NCBI GenBank assembly: GCA_963811165.1
Contig: CAWEQH010000008.1
Coordinates: 288,001 to 352,000 of the forward strand
Length of the DNA stretch: 64,000 nt
Direction of reading: 5' to 3'
Source of the DNA: an uncultured Nitrospiraceae bacterium
GTDB lineage: Bacteria; Nitrospirota; Thermodesulfovibrionia; Thermodesulfovibrionales; UBA6898
The notes below the pieces were generated by a model, which ran no database searches, had not been told where the DNA came from, and saw only the letters and a list, made by a program, of their open reading frames with translations. This document shows positions 31,937-42,336 of the stretch, one piece after another. Each line of letters starts with the position of its first letter. The stretch's first letter is position 1. The position numbers were made by a program, and so were the translations under genes.

Positions 31937-32791
31937 TCAACTGTTCTTTTCAGGATAAGCCTTCAACAGGCATGATTTGCAATTTTTTTCTCCCCTTCCG
32001 CACAGCCCTGAAATTCCCTGATGGCAGAGGGCAAAGTCGTATTTAAGCGGGTCTTCCGGGTCGAAGTTTTTGAGCGCCTGAGTCACCTCTACCGCCATTT
32101 TCCAGTCCTGGGTCTTCCTCCCGGTAAATCCCAGGCACCGGGATATCCTTGCAATATGGGTATCGAGCGGAATAACGAGTCTGTTTTTCGGTATCTCCTT
32201 CCATATTCCGAAGTCGATATCTCTGTCTCTGACCATCCACCTGAGAAAGAGGTTGGCCCTTTTACAGGCACTGCCGTTTACCGGGGAGGGCAGGAACTGG
32301 ACAAGCCCCGGAGGTCTTGTGTCCTTTCCGTATACTTGCGAGGTATCTGTCCTCAGGAACGCCTCCACGAGACCCGCAAGCCCTCTTCCTATGTCCGGAT
32401 CATCGGGGTTGTAAAAAAACCGAAAGGCATTTTCGAGGGAAGAATATTTTTTTACTATCCTCTTAAGAAGGAACAAAAGGCAGACGATGTCATCGTTCTC
32501 ATTGAACCTGTATCGTATACCCTCAAAAAGTCTCCGGTTTTTTTTAACCGAGAAACCCTGCAGAAAATCATAAGGGTTTTTTCCCATCGGCGAGAGGATA
32601 TTTTCGACGACCTGAGAAAAGAGTTCCACTCTTCCATAGGCAAAAGAAGAGGCGATAAACGCGGAGACCTCGATGTCTCGCGGGTTTTTGTACCTGAGTG
32701 GAAATCTTATCGGGTCGTGCGAAACCCTGCCGGAGAAGTCGTATCCCCCGTAGAACCGGTCCAGGACCTTTTTGAGGCGGGAAGGTGTCAA
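31937..32791 (-). CDS. TIGR02757/DUF2400 family protein (HhH-like)
   Basis: DPIRFP, AYGRV, SACKRANLFLRWMVR, IPLDTH, DPLKYDFALC. Confidence 0.88.
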   Translation of the reverse strand: MTPSRLKKVLDRFYGGYDFSGRVSHDPIRFPLRYKNPRDIEVSAFIASSFAYGRVELFSQVVENILSPMGKNPYDFLQGFSVKKNRRLFEGIRYRFNENDDIVCLLFLLKRIVKKYSSLENAFRFFYNPDDPDIGRGLAGLVEAFLRTDTSQVYGKDTRPPGLVQFLPSPVNGSACKRANLFLRWMVRDRDIDFGIWKEIPKNRLVIPLDTHIARISRCLGFTGRKTQDWKMAVEVTQALKNFDPEDPLKYDFALCHQGISGLCGRGEKNCKSCLLKAYPEKNS

Positions 32792-33990
32792 CGGCCCGGG
32801 GGAACGGTCCGATCACCGGCGCCCCCTTCGGCGGGCAGAGAGAAATAGAAGGTCGCCCCCGAGCCGGGCTCTCCTTCGGCCCATACACGTCCTCCATGCT
32901 TTTCGATGGTCCTTTTGACGATGGCCAGACCGACCCCGGTGCCCTTATATTCTTCATGTAAATGGGCGCGATTGAAAAGTCCGAAGAGTTTGCCGGAATA
33001 TTGCATATCGAACCCGGCCCCGTTGTCCTTCACAAAGTAGACGTTTTCGTGTCCGTCCCTGTTCCCCCCTATCTCAATTATGGCATCGGCCCTTTGAGTT
33101 GTGAATTTGACCGCATTCGAAAGGAGGTTGACGAATACCTGTCTGACCATAGGGGGGTCACCATAGGCCGGAAGAATATTGTCGACCCTGAGTTCGATCC
33201 GCCTGTCCTCGTAAGCGGCCTTAATCTCTTCGAAGGTCTCTTCCGCCAGGGCCTTCATGTCTATTGTCGATTTTTTGAGCTCCTTCGTGCTCACCCTGGC
33301 AAAGGCGAGGAGGTCTTCAATAAGCTGAGCCATCTTCGCGGAGTTTTCCCTGACGGCCTTCAAAAGATGTCTGCCGTTGTCGTCAAGCTTATCTCCGTAA
33401 TCCTCCAGGAGTATTTGTGAAAAACCGCCGATCACTATCAGCGGTGACCTGAGGTCGTGGGATGCCGAGTAGCTGAAGCTCTCCATATCCCGGTAAGAGG
33501 CCCGCAGCTCCTCGTTTACTTTTTCAAGTTCGGCCGTGCGCTCCCTCACGAGTTCTTCGAGATGCTCCTGATGTTTCCTCACTTCCCCTTCGGCTTCTCT
33601 GAGTTTGGCGCGGTCCCCCATTTCCTTGAGCGCCCTGAGCACAGAGGGCGCCAGACGAGACAAACGCTGTTTCACGACATAATCCGTTGCGCCGCTTTTG
33701 AGCGTGTCTATTGCCAGCTCTTCCCCCATCTTTCCTGAGACGAATATGAATGGGGCGTCCGGGCACATGTTCATTGCTATTGCGAGCGCCTCGAGGCCGT
33801 CAAAGGAGGGGAGGGAATAATCGGCAAAGATCATATCAAAGGCGGTGCAGGTCATGGACGCAATAAAATCATCGCGGGTTTCAACCCGGACGGCGTCGCA
33901 CTCAATCCCCTCGGCATTGAGTGTAGCCCTAATTAGCTCTGCGTCGTCAAGGTCGTCTTCGAGATGGAGTACCCGCAGTTTTAATTTCAT
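32788..33990 (-). CDS. Receiver-histidine kinase hybrid
   Basis: N-terminal receiver (LEDD, DYSLP, K); SHDLRSPL, NLLSNAVKF, DNGAGF, GTGVGL. Confidence 0.92.
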   Translation of the reverse strand: MKLKLRVLHLEDDLDDAELIRATLNAEGIECDAVRVETRDDFIASMTCTAFDMIFADYSLPSFDGLEALAIAMNMCPDAPFIFVSGKMGEELAIDTLKSGATDYVVKQRLSRLAPSVLRALKEMGDRAKLREAEGEVRKHQEHLEELVRERTAELEKVNEELRASYRDMESFSYSASHDLRSPLIVIGGFSQILLEDYGDKLDDNGRHLLKAVRENSAKMAQLIEDLLAFARVSTKELKKSTIDMKALAEETFEEIKAAYEDRRIELRVDNILPAYGDPPMVRQVFVNLLSNAVKFTTQRADAIIEIGGNRDGHENVYFVKDNGAGFDMQYSGKLFGLFNRAHLHEEYKGTGVGLAIVKRTIEKHGGRVWAEGEPGSGATFYFSLPAEGGAGDRTVPPGR

Positions 33991-34013
33991 ACGGTCATAA
34001 GGGTTTTACCGAT

Positions 34014-34466
34014 CTATCGACTTTTCCCGAGGCTGCCCGGAGGCGGCTCGTTGATGATAGACCAGAAGGCCCCAAGATTTTTGATGGCATCGACGAACTG
34101 GTGAAAATCAACGGGTTTAACGACATAGGCGTTCGTGCCGAGCCTGTACCCTTCGATCATGTCCTTATCCTCACGGGAAGAAGTGAGGATGACCACCGGG
34201 ACCATTTTCAATGACTCGTCACTCTTCATTGTGCGGAGGACCTCAAGGCCGTCCACCTTGGGGAGCTTAAGATCGAGAAGCACCACGACAGGGTTGCCCG
34301 GTTCCCTGGCCGCAAACTTCCCCCGGGTATAAAGATAATCGAGCGCCTCCTCTCCGTCGCGCGCCACGACAACTTCATTTGCGAGATTGTATTCGGCGAG
34401 GCCGGTCAGGGTAAGTTCAAGATCATTCGGATCGTCTTCAACCAGTAAGATGCGCTTTAGTTGCAT
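34014..34466 (-). CDS. Single-domain response regulator (Rcp1-like)
   Basis: ILLVEDD, LLDLKLPKVDG, ILTSS, YVVKP. Confidence 0.93.
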   Translation of the reverse strand: MQLKRILLVEDDPNDLELTLTGLAEYNLANEVVVARDGEEALDYLYTRGKFAAREPGNPVVVLLDLKLPKVDGLEVLRTMKSDESLKMVPVVILTSSREDKDMIEGYRLGTNAYVVKPVDFHQFVDAIKNLGAFWSIINEPPPGSLGKSR

Positions 34467-36314
34467 TTTGTTCCTCCTTGGTTACGGGGAGAGCAAAGTA
34501 AAAGGTAGAACCCTTATCTATTGAACCCTCGGCCCAGGTCCTGCCCCTGTGGCGCGCGATGATGCGCCTGACATTGGCCAGCCCTATGCCTGTGCCTTCA
34601 AACTCCTCCTGGCGATGGAGGCGCTGAAATACACCGAAGAGTTTTTCATGATACTTCATGTCGAAGCCGACGCCGTTGTCCCTGACGAAAAATACCCTCT
34701 CGTCTTCATTCGGCATGCATCCTATTTCGATAAGCGCCCTCTCCCGTGTCGCAGTAAATTTTACCGCATTTGAGACGAGGTTCACAAGCACGAGCCTCAG
34801 CAGGGAAGGGTCTCCGTACACTTCCGGCAGCGGACCTATTTTCCAGGAGATATCACGGTCCTTTATTTCAGGCCCCAATTCGGCGATGGCCTCTTTTGCC
34901 AGTTTCTCAACACGCACCACCCTCATCCTCATATCAGACCGTCCTATACGCGAGAAGGCGAGGAGGTCGTCAATGAGGAGTCCCATCTTCCTTGCAGAGG
35001 CGGCTATCGTCTTCATGTAGCGGCGGCCTTTTTCATCCACATGCTCCCCCGCCTCTGCCTGAAGGAGTTCGACAAATCCCGTAATATGCCTCAGCGGAGC
35101 GCGAAGGTCGTGCGACACTGAATAACTGAAGCTTTCGAGTTCCTTGTTGGCTGTCTCAAGGTCGGCAGCCTTTTGCTTCAGTTCGGCGTTTATGCGACCG
35201 AGTGATTCGGTCATGCAGTCGAAGGCCCGTGAAAGCTGCCCGATCTCATCGGTAGCACCCGTTCCTACCCGGCATGTGAGGTCCCCTCCCCCTATGATTT
35301 CCGCGCCCTTTTGCAATGCCGATATAGGTCTGGAAAAGGACCTTGCGATGAGCAGGGCCAGGGCGATTCCTAGAATTATGACGCCCCCCCCAAAAAGGAT
35401 CGAGATGTTTCTTAACTGATCGACGGGGGCATACGCCTCTGCAGCGGTGATCTTCGTCACCAGCCCCCATCTTAAGAATGGCATATACCGCCACGCCGCA
35501 AGCACCGGCGTTCCGTTGTAGTCAGTGGTCACTCCGGAACCCTCTTTCCCTTGTGCGGCCATTTGGGCTGGGAATGCCTTTCCTCCATCAAATGCGACCG
35601 ATTTTGTGAGCGCTGCACTTGGGTCATTACGGAGCGGGCTCAGGAACAGAACCGCACCGCCTTCCCGTTTTACGATGAGAGCCTCACCAGTCTTCCCCAG
35701 GCCGGTCGTCTCCCGGATGAATGCAAAAACAGGTTCCATATCAATTTCTATAATAAGTTCTCCCAGGAAGACGTTTTTTGCATCATAGAGCGGCGCGGCG
35801 GCAACCATTTCAAAACGGTCATGGTCGGCCTTGTTTCCGAAGACGTCGGAAAAGTAGATTCCCTTTTTTCCCCCTCAAACGCCCCGACTACCGGAAGCGG
35901 TTTATTTATATCCGCCTTATGGCCACTGGCGCTTGCGTATACAACCCTCCCTTCGGGATTGGCAAGCATGATGTCTAGATAGCCGTATACTGTCTGAAGT
36001 GGTTTCAGCCGTACATCCATCTTTGCCGATGCCTCTTGAAAGGCAGTATCTGCCGTATTATGGGCGTATCTGGTGAGTATCGGCAAGTTCATTTTTATGT
36101 CAGGGATGTTCTGCGCTGCGGCGACGTCTGTCTGCCGCTCAAGGAAGAATGTCTCGATCTTGTTTTTTTTCAGGTCGGCGATATGATCGAGCTGAGAAAT
36201 TCTGACGGCCCTGAGCACGCTCCGGGCCTCGTGGAAAATCAGGGCCCCTAAAAAAACCGTTGGGACAATTGCCAATACCGTAAAAGCCGTGATCAGTTTG
36301 GATTTTATGGACAT
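34438..36314 (-). CDS. Cache/HAMP sensor histidine kinase, frameshifted at a homopolymer near 35870
   Basis: Two TMs flanking a periplasmic Cache-like domain, HAMP (DEIGQL), SHDLRAPL, GTGIGL; frames join at the G/A run (EGKKGIYFSDVF). Confidence 0.85.
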
Positions 36315-36392
36315 GCCTTTGCCGTTCTCCCGAGCTTTAAATATCCTTTCTCAGTAGTATAGCAAATTTATTTCGGAGGGAAGGGCCTCTTT

Positions 36393-38201
36393 TTACTTAA
36401 CCAGGTGAAACGGCACACTCGTCGATACGACGCCTTTTTTGAAAAGGAGAATACCCTTTATGAGCAGGGCGGTCTGGTTATGAAGGAGGTGGTGCCACCA
36501 TCTGCTCGGCACAAATTCCGGAAGCACGATAGTGATCACGCCGTCAGGATATTCATTCCTGACTTCTTCAATATAATCGAGAAGAGGCTCTATAATGGAG
36601 CGGTAGGGCGATTCGAGGACGACGAGGGGCACACCCATACAGTGCTGGTCCCATTTGGTCTGGATCTTTTTTGTTTCGACCGGATCGAGACAGATATACA
36701 GCGCGACGACGTCGTCGGACAGCGCCTTCCCGTACTTGATCGCATTGAGGACAGCCATCTGGATACCGGAGATAGGAATGACGACGGCGTGGTGTTTGAA
36801 TGCGCCCGCCTTATCGAGACAGACGGTGAGCTGGTCCGCCACAGAGAGATAGTGGGCATGGATCTTTGTCGTCAGATACACGAGCCCTGGTATGGCTATG
36901 AGCACTATCCATGCGCCGTGGAGGAATTTGGTCGATGCGATGATTACAAGGACGATCGCTGTGGTGACGGCCCCTATCCCGTTTATTACCGCGCTTTTGA
37001 CCCAACCCTTTCCCCTGTCTTTCAGCCAATGTTTGACCATGCCGGCCTGCGAAAGGGTGAATGCGCAGAAAACGCCTACTGCATAGAGCGGTATGAGCGC
37101 GTGCGTGTCGCCCCTGAACATGACGATCAGCAGGATTGAAAAGAGACCGAGGATGAGGATGCCGTTTGAGAATACGAGTTTGTCCCCCCGGTTGCCGAGT
37201 TGCCTCGGCAGGAAGCGGTCGGTGGCCATGATAGAGGAGAGCCTCGGGAAATCGGCAAATGAGGTGTTTGCGGCAAGGATAAGGATGAGTGCCGTCGAAA
37301 ACTGGATCACATAATAGATGATCCCCTTTGAGAATACGGCCTTTGCAACCTGGGAAAGTACCGTCTCATTTTCACTCGGCAGAATTCCGTAATGGTCGGC
37401 CAGAAAGGTTATGCCCATAAAAAGAGTGGCAAGAATCGCGGCCATCCATATGAGGGTAATGCCCGCATTTCTGGATTCAGGCGGCTTAAATGCCTGCACG
37501 CCGTTTGCGACCGCCTCAATCCCCGTAAGGGCTGCGCATCCGGATGCAAAGGCCCTCAGTATGATGAAGATGGGCAGAATGTTTGTCGACGCCTCCTTGA
37601 ATGCCGGCATGGGCGGGTGCGGCATCGTGAGATATTTTTTTACGCCGAAGACCATGAGCAGATACAGCGCAGCGATAAAAATATACGCGGGGATGGAAAA
37701 TATCTTGCCGGATTCCCTCACCCCTCTGAGATTGCCCGTCATGATAAGCAGAATTGCAGCAATGCATAGCGCGACGTTATGTTCATGAAGGGCCGGGAAG
37801 GCAGAGGTTATCGCGGCTATTCCGGCCGATACACTGACCGTTACCGTCAGGACATAGTCTATGAGCAACGCCGAGCCGGCAATAAGTCCGGGATAGGTGC
37901 CGAGGTTATCTTTAGCGACTATGTATGCGCCGCCGCCGTTTGGGTATGCGTGGATGGTCTGGTAATATGACATCGCCACAATGGCTATCAAAGTAGAGAT
38001 CGCGAAGGCCACCGGCATGGAGTAATGGAGCATGGCGGTGCCTGCAAGGACAAGGGCAAAAAGTATCTCCTCTGTTGCATAGGCCACAGACGACATGGCG
38101 TCTGATGAGAAGATCGCGAGGCCGGCGATCTTTGTGAGACGCTCATGTTTTTCCTTGATCGTCTCGATCGGACTTCCGATAAGAAAACTCTTAATAGACA
38201 T
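36393..38201 (-). CDS. kimA: APC-superfamily potassium importer, KimA/YdaO-like
   Basis: SSDAMSSVAYATEE, AYPNGGGAY, LTGIEA, C-terminal ESPYR and HHLLHNQ; c-di-AMP riboswitch upstream. Confidence 0.85.
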   Translation of the reverse strand: MSIKSFLIGSPIETIKEKHERLTKIAGLAIFSSDAMSSVAYATEEILFALVLAGTAMLHYSMPVAFAISTLIAIVAMSYYQTIHAYPNGGGAYIVAKDNLGTYPGLIAGSALLIDYVLTVTVSVSAGIAAITSAFPALHEHNVALCIAAILLIMTGNLRGVRESGKIFSIPAYIFIAALYLLMVFGVKKYLTMPHPPMPAFKEASTNILPIFIILRAFASGCAALTGIEAVANGVQAFKPPESRNAGITLIWMAAILATLFMGITFLADHYGILPSENETVLSQVAKAVFSKGIIYYVIQFSTALILILAANTSFADFPRLSSIMATDRFLPRQLGNRGDKLVFSNGILILGLFSILLIVMFRGDTHALIPLYAVGVFCAFTLSQAGMVKHWLKDRGKGWVKSAVINGIGAVTTAIVLVIIASTKFLHGAWIVLIAIPGLVYLTTKIHAHYLSVADQLTVCLDKAGAFKHHAVVIPISGIQMAVLNAIKYGKALSDDVVALYICLDPVETKKIQTKWDQHCMGVPLVVLESPYRSIIEPLLDYIEEVRNEYPDGVITIVLPEFVPSRWWHHLLHNQTALLIKGILLFKKGVVSTSVPFHLVK

Positions 38202-38280
38202 TAATGAATATCTCCGTTCTTAACTCTTATCAGAGGTAGTTAAAGTGTATATCATTTTTTGACGGGGCAAAACGGAGGGG

Positions 38281-38306
38281 GAAAAAACCGCCGGGAATAT
38301 AGCGGT
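38281..38306 (-). terminator. Expression-platform terminator of the riboswitch
   Basis: Minus strand accgct-atattccc-ggcggt-tttttc just downstream of the aptamer. Confidence 0.7.
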
Positions 38307-38323
38307 CCCAATCTCTGTGCATT

Positions 38324-38450
38324 GCCCTTCCAAACGCCTGCGAGGTTAGCTGACGGGCTTGGGATTGGAAGTCCCCTATCTCCGTTTTCCGGAGAATACG
38401 CCCCTACCATCGGTTCCCCCGCATCCGCCTCAGGCGGATTTAGGCTACAA
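38324..38450 (-). ncRNA. c-di-AMP riboswitch (ydaO/yuaA)
   Basis: Minus strand gcctaaatcc...gcgggggaacc...ggggcgtat...taggg...cccgtcagctaacctcgcaggcg matches the ydaO consensus as I recall it; lies upstream of kimA. Confidence 0.9.
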
Positions 38451-38498
38451 GTTATTCGTAACTATAAAACCCCGGAAATATTTTTGTCAACAGAACTG

Positions 38499-38677
38499 TT
38501 TAGAACCCATCTGAAAATTAGTCATGCCGGCGAAAGCCGGCATCCAGTGACTTTTGGTATTTTATTAGCAATTCACAACTCCATGTCTCTAATAAGAACA
38601 CAGAAGAGTCACTAGATTCCGGGTCAAGCCCGGAATGACCGATAAGAACATCAACCAATTTTGAGATAGGTTCTAAA
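38499..38677. mobile_element. MITE-like element with 21-bp terminal inverted repeats enclosing a REP doublet
   Basis: tttagaacccatctgaaaatt / aattttgagataggttctaaa (19/21 match); inner gtcatgccggcgaaagccggcatccag and ctagattccgggtcaagcccggaatgac. Confidence 0.75.
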
Positions 38678-38739
38678 TAAACACAGTGTGCCGACTCGTT
38701 GCTATGCCCCGGAAGAACTGACCCGACCAAACAGTTCCC

Positions 38740-38831
38740 TAACAAAATTGTATATCTGTGACAATTATGTAAGGAGTGACAATCGGCTTTTTGATCAAAA
38801 TCAATGAGTTGCAAACTGGCATGGATCTGGT
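38740..38831 (+). promoter_or_regulatory. Putative sigma54 promoter (degenerate -12) with tandem ACA-N4-TGT sites
   Basis: taacaaaattgtat (38740) and tgacaattatgtaa (38759), then TGGCATG at 38817; same spacing as at 44187-44279. Confidence 0.6.
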
Positions 38832-38843
38832 AATACTTTGGGC

Positions 38844-39041
38844 ATGGAGAAGGTTATGGATTCGCTCAAAGACAAGATCCGAGGGCTGGAAAGGGAAGAG
38901 ATAATCAATGCGCTTCGGGAATGCAACTGGGTCATGGCGCAGGCAGCAAGGAAACTCGGTATTACCGAAAGGATGATCGGATATAAGATCAAAAAATACG
39001 GCATAAGGATAAAGGAGGTGCGATGGATCGAGGATGAATGA
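38844..39041 (+). CDS. Stand-alone Fis-type HTH resembling the C-terminal domain of NifA-like sigma54 activators
   Basis: LEREEIINALRECNWVMAQAARKLGITERMIGYKIKKYGI; no AAA+ domain. Confidence 0.8.
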   Translation: MEKVMDSLKDKIRGLEREEIINALRECNWVMAQAARKLGITERMIGYKIKKYGIRIKEVRWIEDE

Positions 39042-39113
39042 AGGCCTCAAGGAAATTATGTAACTCGATGTGTGCAATCCTATTAAAAAAAATTTCTCAA
39101 AAAGGGGGAAGCA

Positions 39114-40224
39114 ATGAAGAGAAGTATTTTGAAAGCGAGCAATGGTTCTTATGTTGATTTTGTTTGTTTCGAGGGCATATGCCGAAGACGCAAAACCGTC
39201 GGGACTGAACGTGGACGATATCAAAAAAGCGCTTGGATTGAGCATCTATGTCCAGGGCGGGTATACCTATAATTTCAAAAACCCGGATTCCGGGGAGAAT
39301 GATTTCAGGGTGTTTGACCACAAGTCCAATAGCTTCACTTTTGATCTTGCCGAGCTGATGTTTACGAAAGATGCTCCCCTTGGGGGCGTCGGGTACAGAC
39401 TGAAATTATCTGCCGGAGAGACGGCGAAGTGGATACATTCGCGGGGGCTTGGCGACGTGGGCAAGGACGAGTTCGACCTGACCGAGGCTTATATCGACTA
39501 TCTTGCGCCGATAGGCAAGGGGCTTAAGTTCCGGTTCGGAAAATTCGTCACCATGCACGGGGCCGAGGTGATCGAGGCGAAGGACAATTTCAATTATTCG
39601 CGCGGGCTGCTCTTTAACTATGCGATCCCCTTCACGCATACGGGTCTGATGGCGGGATATGCGTTCTCCGACCAGGTAAGCGCCAATCTCTATGTCGTAA
39701 ACGGCTGGGACAACACCGACGACAACAACAACGGGAAGACCGTTGGGGCGACTCTTGGCTGTACACCCGATTGAGCCGATCGCGTTGACATTTAATTTAA
39801 TGTATGGTCCTGAAAAGGACGACAACAACCACGACAACAGATTTCTCTTTGACTGGGTCGGCACCTTTAAGCCGATTAAGAACGCCACAGTGGTCCTCAA
39901 TACCGATTATGCTACAGAGGAGCATTCGGCAGCTGACGGCGGGACCGCAAAATGGTACGGGATCGCGGGATATGTCAAATATGATTTCAGCGACCTCTTT
40001 AGCGGAACGATAAGGGCCGAGTATTTTGATGATAAGGATGGCACTGAGGACAGGCACCGCGCAGAAGCTTAAAGGAGATAACGCTTACCCCTGAATTCAG
40101 GGTTGCAAAGTCGATCATCGTCAGACCTGAATACAGACATGACTGGTCTGACCAGCAGACTTTCGATGCGGCAAGCAGAAAGAGCCAGGATACCATTGCG
40201 CTCGGCGTGATGTATACGTGGTAA
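39114..40224 (+). CDS. Outer-membrane beta-barrel porin (DUF1597/BBP2-like), about three frameshifts
   Basis: Signal peptide, GKFVTMHGAEVIE, NFNYSRG, PFTHTG, NGWD, RAEYF, RPEYRHDWS, terminal MYTW*. Confidence 0.8.
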
Positions 40225-40240
40225 GGATCAATTAAAGGCT

Positions 40241-40270
40241 GCGTCCCGGCCCCGGCAGAGGCCGGGACGC
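40241..40270 (+). terminator. GC-rich hairpin after the porin gene (stabiliser or attenuator)
   Basis: gcgtcccggcc...ggccgggacgc perfect 11-bp stem, no U tract. Confidence 0.5.
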
Positions 40271-40300
40271 GATAAACAACACTAACAAAAGGAGTATATC

Positions 40301-42195
40301 ATGTCAGAAACAACAAATGCACCAGTCACCAGAGGGACACTAGGCCTGACGGGTCTTACCATGAACGCGATGGCGCTGATCGCGCCCGGCGCGTTTCTGT
40401 GGCTGACCTTCCAGATGCAGTCTCTATACGGCGCGCCGATGGCGGGCATGTCAGTATGGTTCGGCATATTCTTCGCACTTTTGCTATGTTTTGCGACGGC
40501 TATCAGCTACTCAGAACTGGCGAAGCTCTATCCGGGACCCGGTTCGTCATATCTTTATGCGGAGCAGGCATACCTGTCAAAGACGCATGCCTACAAGTTC
40601 GCCCGTATCGCAAAGTTTATCACGGGTTGGGCGAGTCACCTTTACTACTGGGTCTACCCGGCGTAATGGTCGGCGTGACCGCGATCATCGGCGGATTTCT
40701 GATGAACCAGTTCTGGCCGGACACCTTCAGCGGCACCTATAACAGTCCGCTCTTTATGTGGCTCTTCTGTATCGTATTTGCGCTCGGCGTGGCATACATC
40801 GCCTACCGAGGGGTGACAGGCACGACAGCGGTCAACGTGGTAATCAATATCATCCAGATCTCGGCGCTGCTGGTCTTTTCTGTGATCGCTATCGGCTATC
40901 GCGTACAGCATCCGCAGGGCTCCACAGGGTTCCACCTCTCAAACGGCATTGCCGTGAACTATCAGGTCGCCCAGGAAGTAGTCAAAGACGACAAAGGGAA
41001 TCCTCTGCCGGTTCTGGATGAAAACAACAAACCGACTGTGGACAAGGACGGCAAGCCTGTCTATAAGATGCAGGACGCCCAGGACAAAGACGGTAATCCT
41101 GTCCCTGCCGACAAGGACGGCAAAGCCGGTAACCGACCCGAAACTCGCCGCGCCGTTTACTGTCGACTATTCCCCGGAAGGCGCGATCACAAAGGACGAC
41201 AAGGGGAATGGAGACTTCAATTATCATTAGTACGCGAAATCCGTGGTCTCTCCGCATGGGTTCAACTATATCTTCATCCAGGCGGCGATTGCGATACTGA
41301 TCCTGGTCGGGTTCGAGTCGGTGACTGCGATGGGTGATGAGGCAAAGCATCCCAAAAAAGACATTCCCCGGGCGGTGCTGCTGTCGCTGGTGATCCAGGG
41401 AGCGGTCTGCTATCTGATCGAGTATTTTGCCGCAGGCTATATGCTTCATAACGGCTACACGATGCCGAATGGCAGGCGCTTCCGGCGCTCCGATCGGCGA
41501 CATGATGGTCATCGTCGGTACATGGCTTTTCGGCAGCTACGCTGCAGGCAAGGCGTTTATGCTGGTCCAGGCCTTCACGGTGTTTCTGGCCCTCATCGGC
41601 ACGACCCTTTCCTGCCTCAGCACCGGCGCCCGCGTTACCTATGCCATGGGCCGCGACGAGGAAGTGCCGTCGCACTTCGGCTTGCTGCATGGAAAGACGC
41701 TGTCGCCCCACCGCGCGATCTGGACGCTGGCCGTGATCTCGGCGATCATCGGCATCATCACTGTAACGGTCTATCTGGGCGGCACAACTCCTGCGGCGCT
41801 TGACAAGCACAACTTCTGGTACAGCTTCGGGATCTTCTGCTCCGGAGACCTATGCGGCGCTGCCCAACACGCTGGTCATCATGACGCTGATCAGCAACTT
41901 CGGCACATTCCTGCTCTACATGATCACCTGCTGGATCGCGATGGTGGCCTTCAAGGAACACCACACTTTCAACGGTTTCAAGCATGTGGTCATCCCGATG
42001 TTCGGATTGCTTGCGAACCTGGTCATCATGCTCTTTTACCTGATCGGGCCGTTTACGGTCGCCGGCATGAGCTGGAAGGAGCCTTACATCGCGCTGGGGG
42101 TCGTCGCGCTCTGGGGCATTTACGGGGCTGATCTACTTCCTCGAAGCAGCAAGGCCAAGGGCAAGGAAGTGCTTCTCAGCAGCAAACCTGCGTGA
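40301..42195 (+). CDS. APC-family amino acid/amine permease with a large inserted hydrophilic loop, multiple frameshifts
   Basis: NAMALIAPGAFLW, GSSYLYA, LVGFES, EAKHPKKDIPRA, ARVTYAMGRD spread over successive frames. Confidence 0.8.
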
Positions 42196-42336
42196 GCGAC
42201 ATCAACTATAATTTCAAAGGCGCAGGCCTAGTGCCGGCCCCTTTGAGGATCCACAAGGGGTGCACCCTACTGCGGTTACGAGACTGTTAATAACAGTCTT
42301 TTACTTTCGTAAAATAAATGTTAAAGTGATTTAATT

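Noticed and set aside
32021..32848. Long antisense and alternate-frame ORFs (e.g. 32021-32848 +, 54022-54858 -, 14316-15032 -, 36405-37139 +)
   Set aside because: They are shadows of well-supported genes on the opposite strand and have no recognisable motifs.
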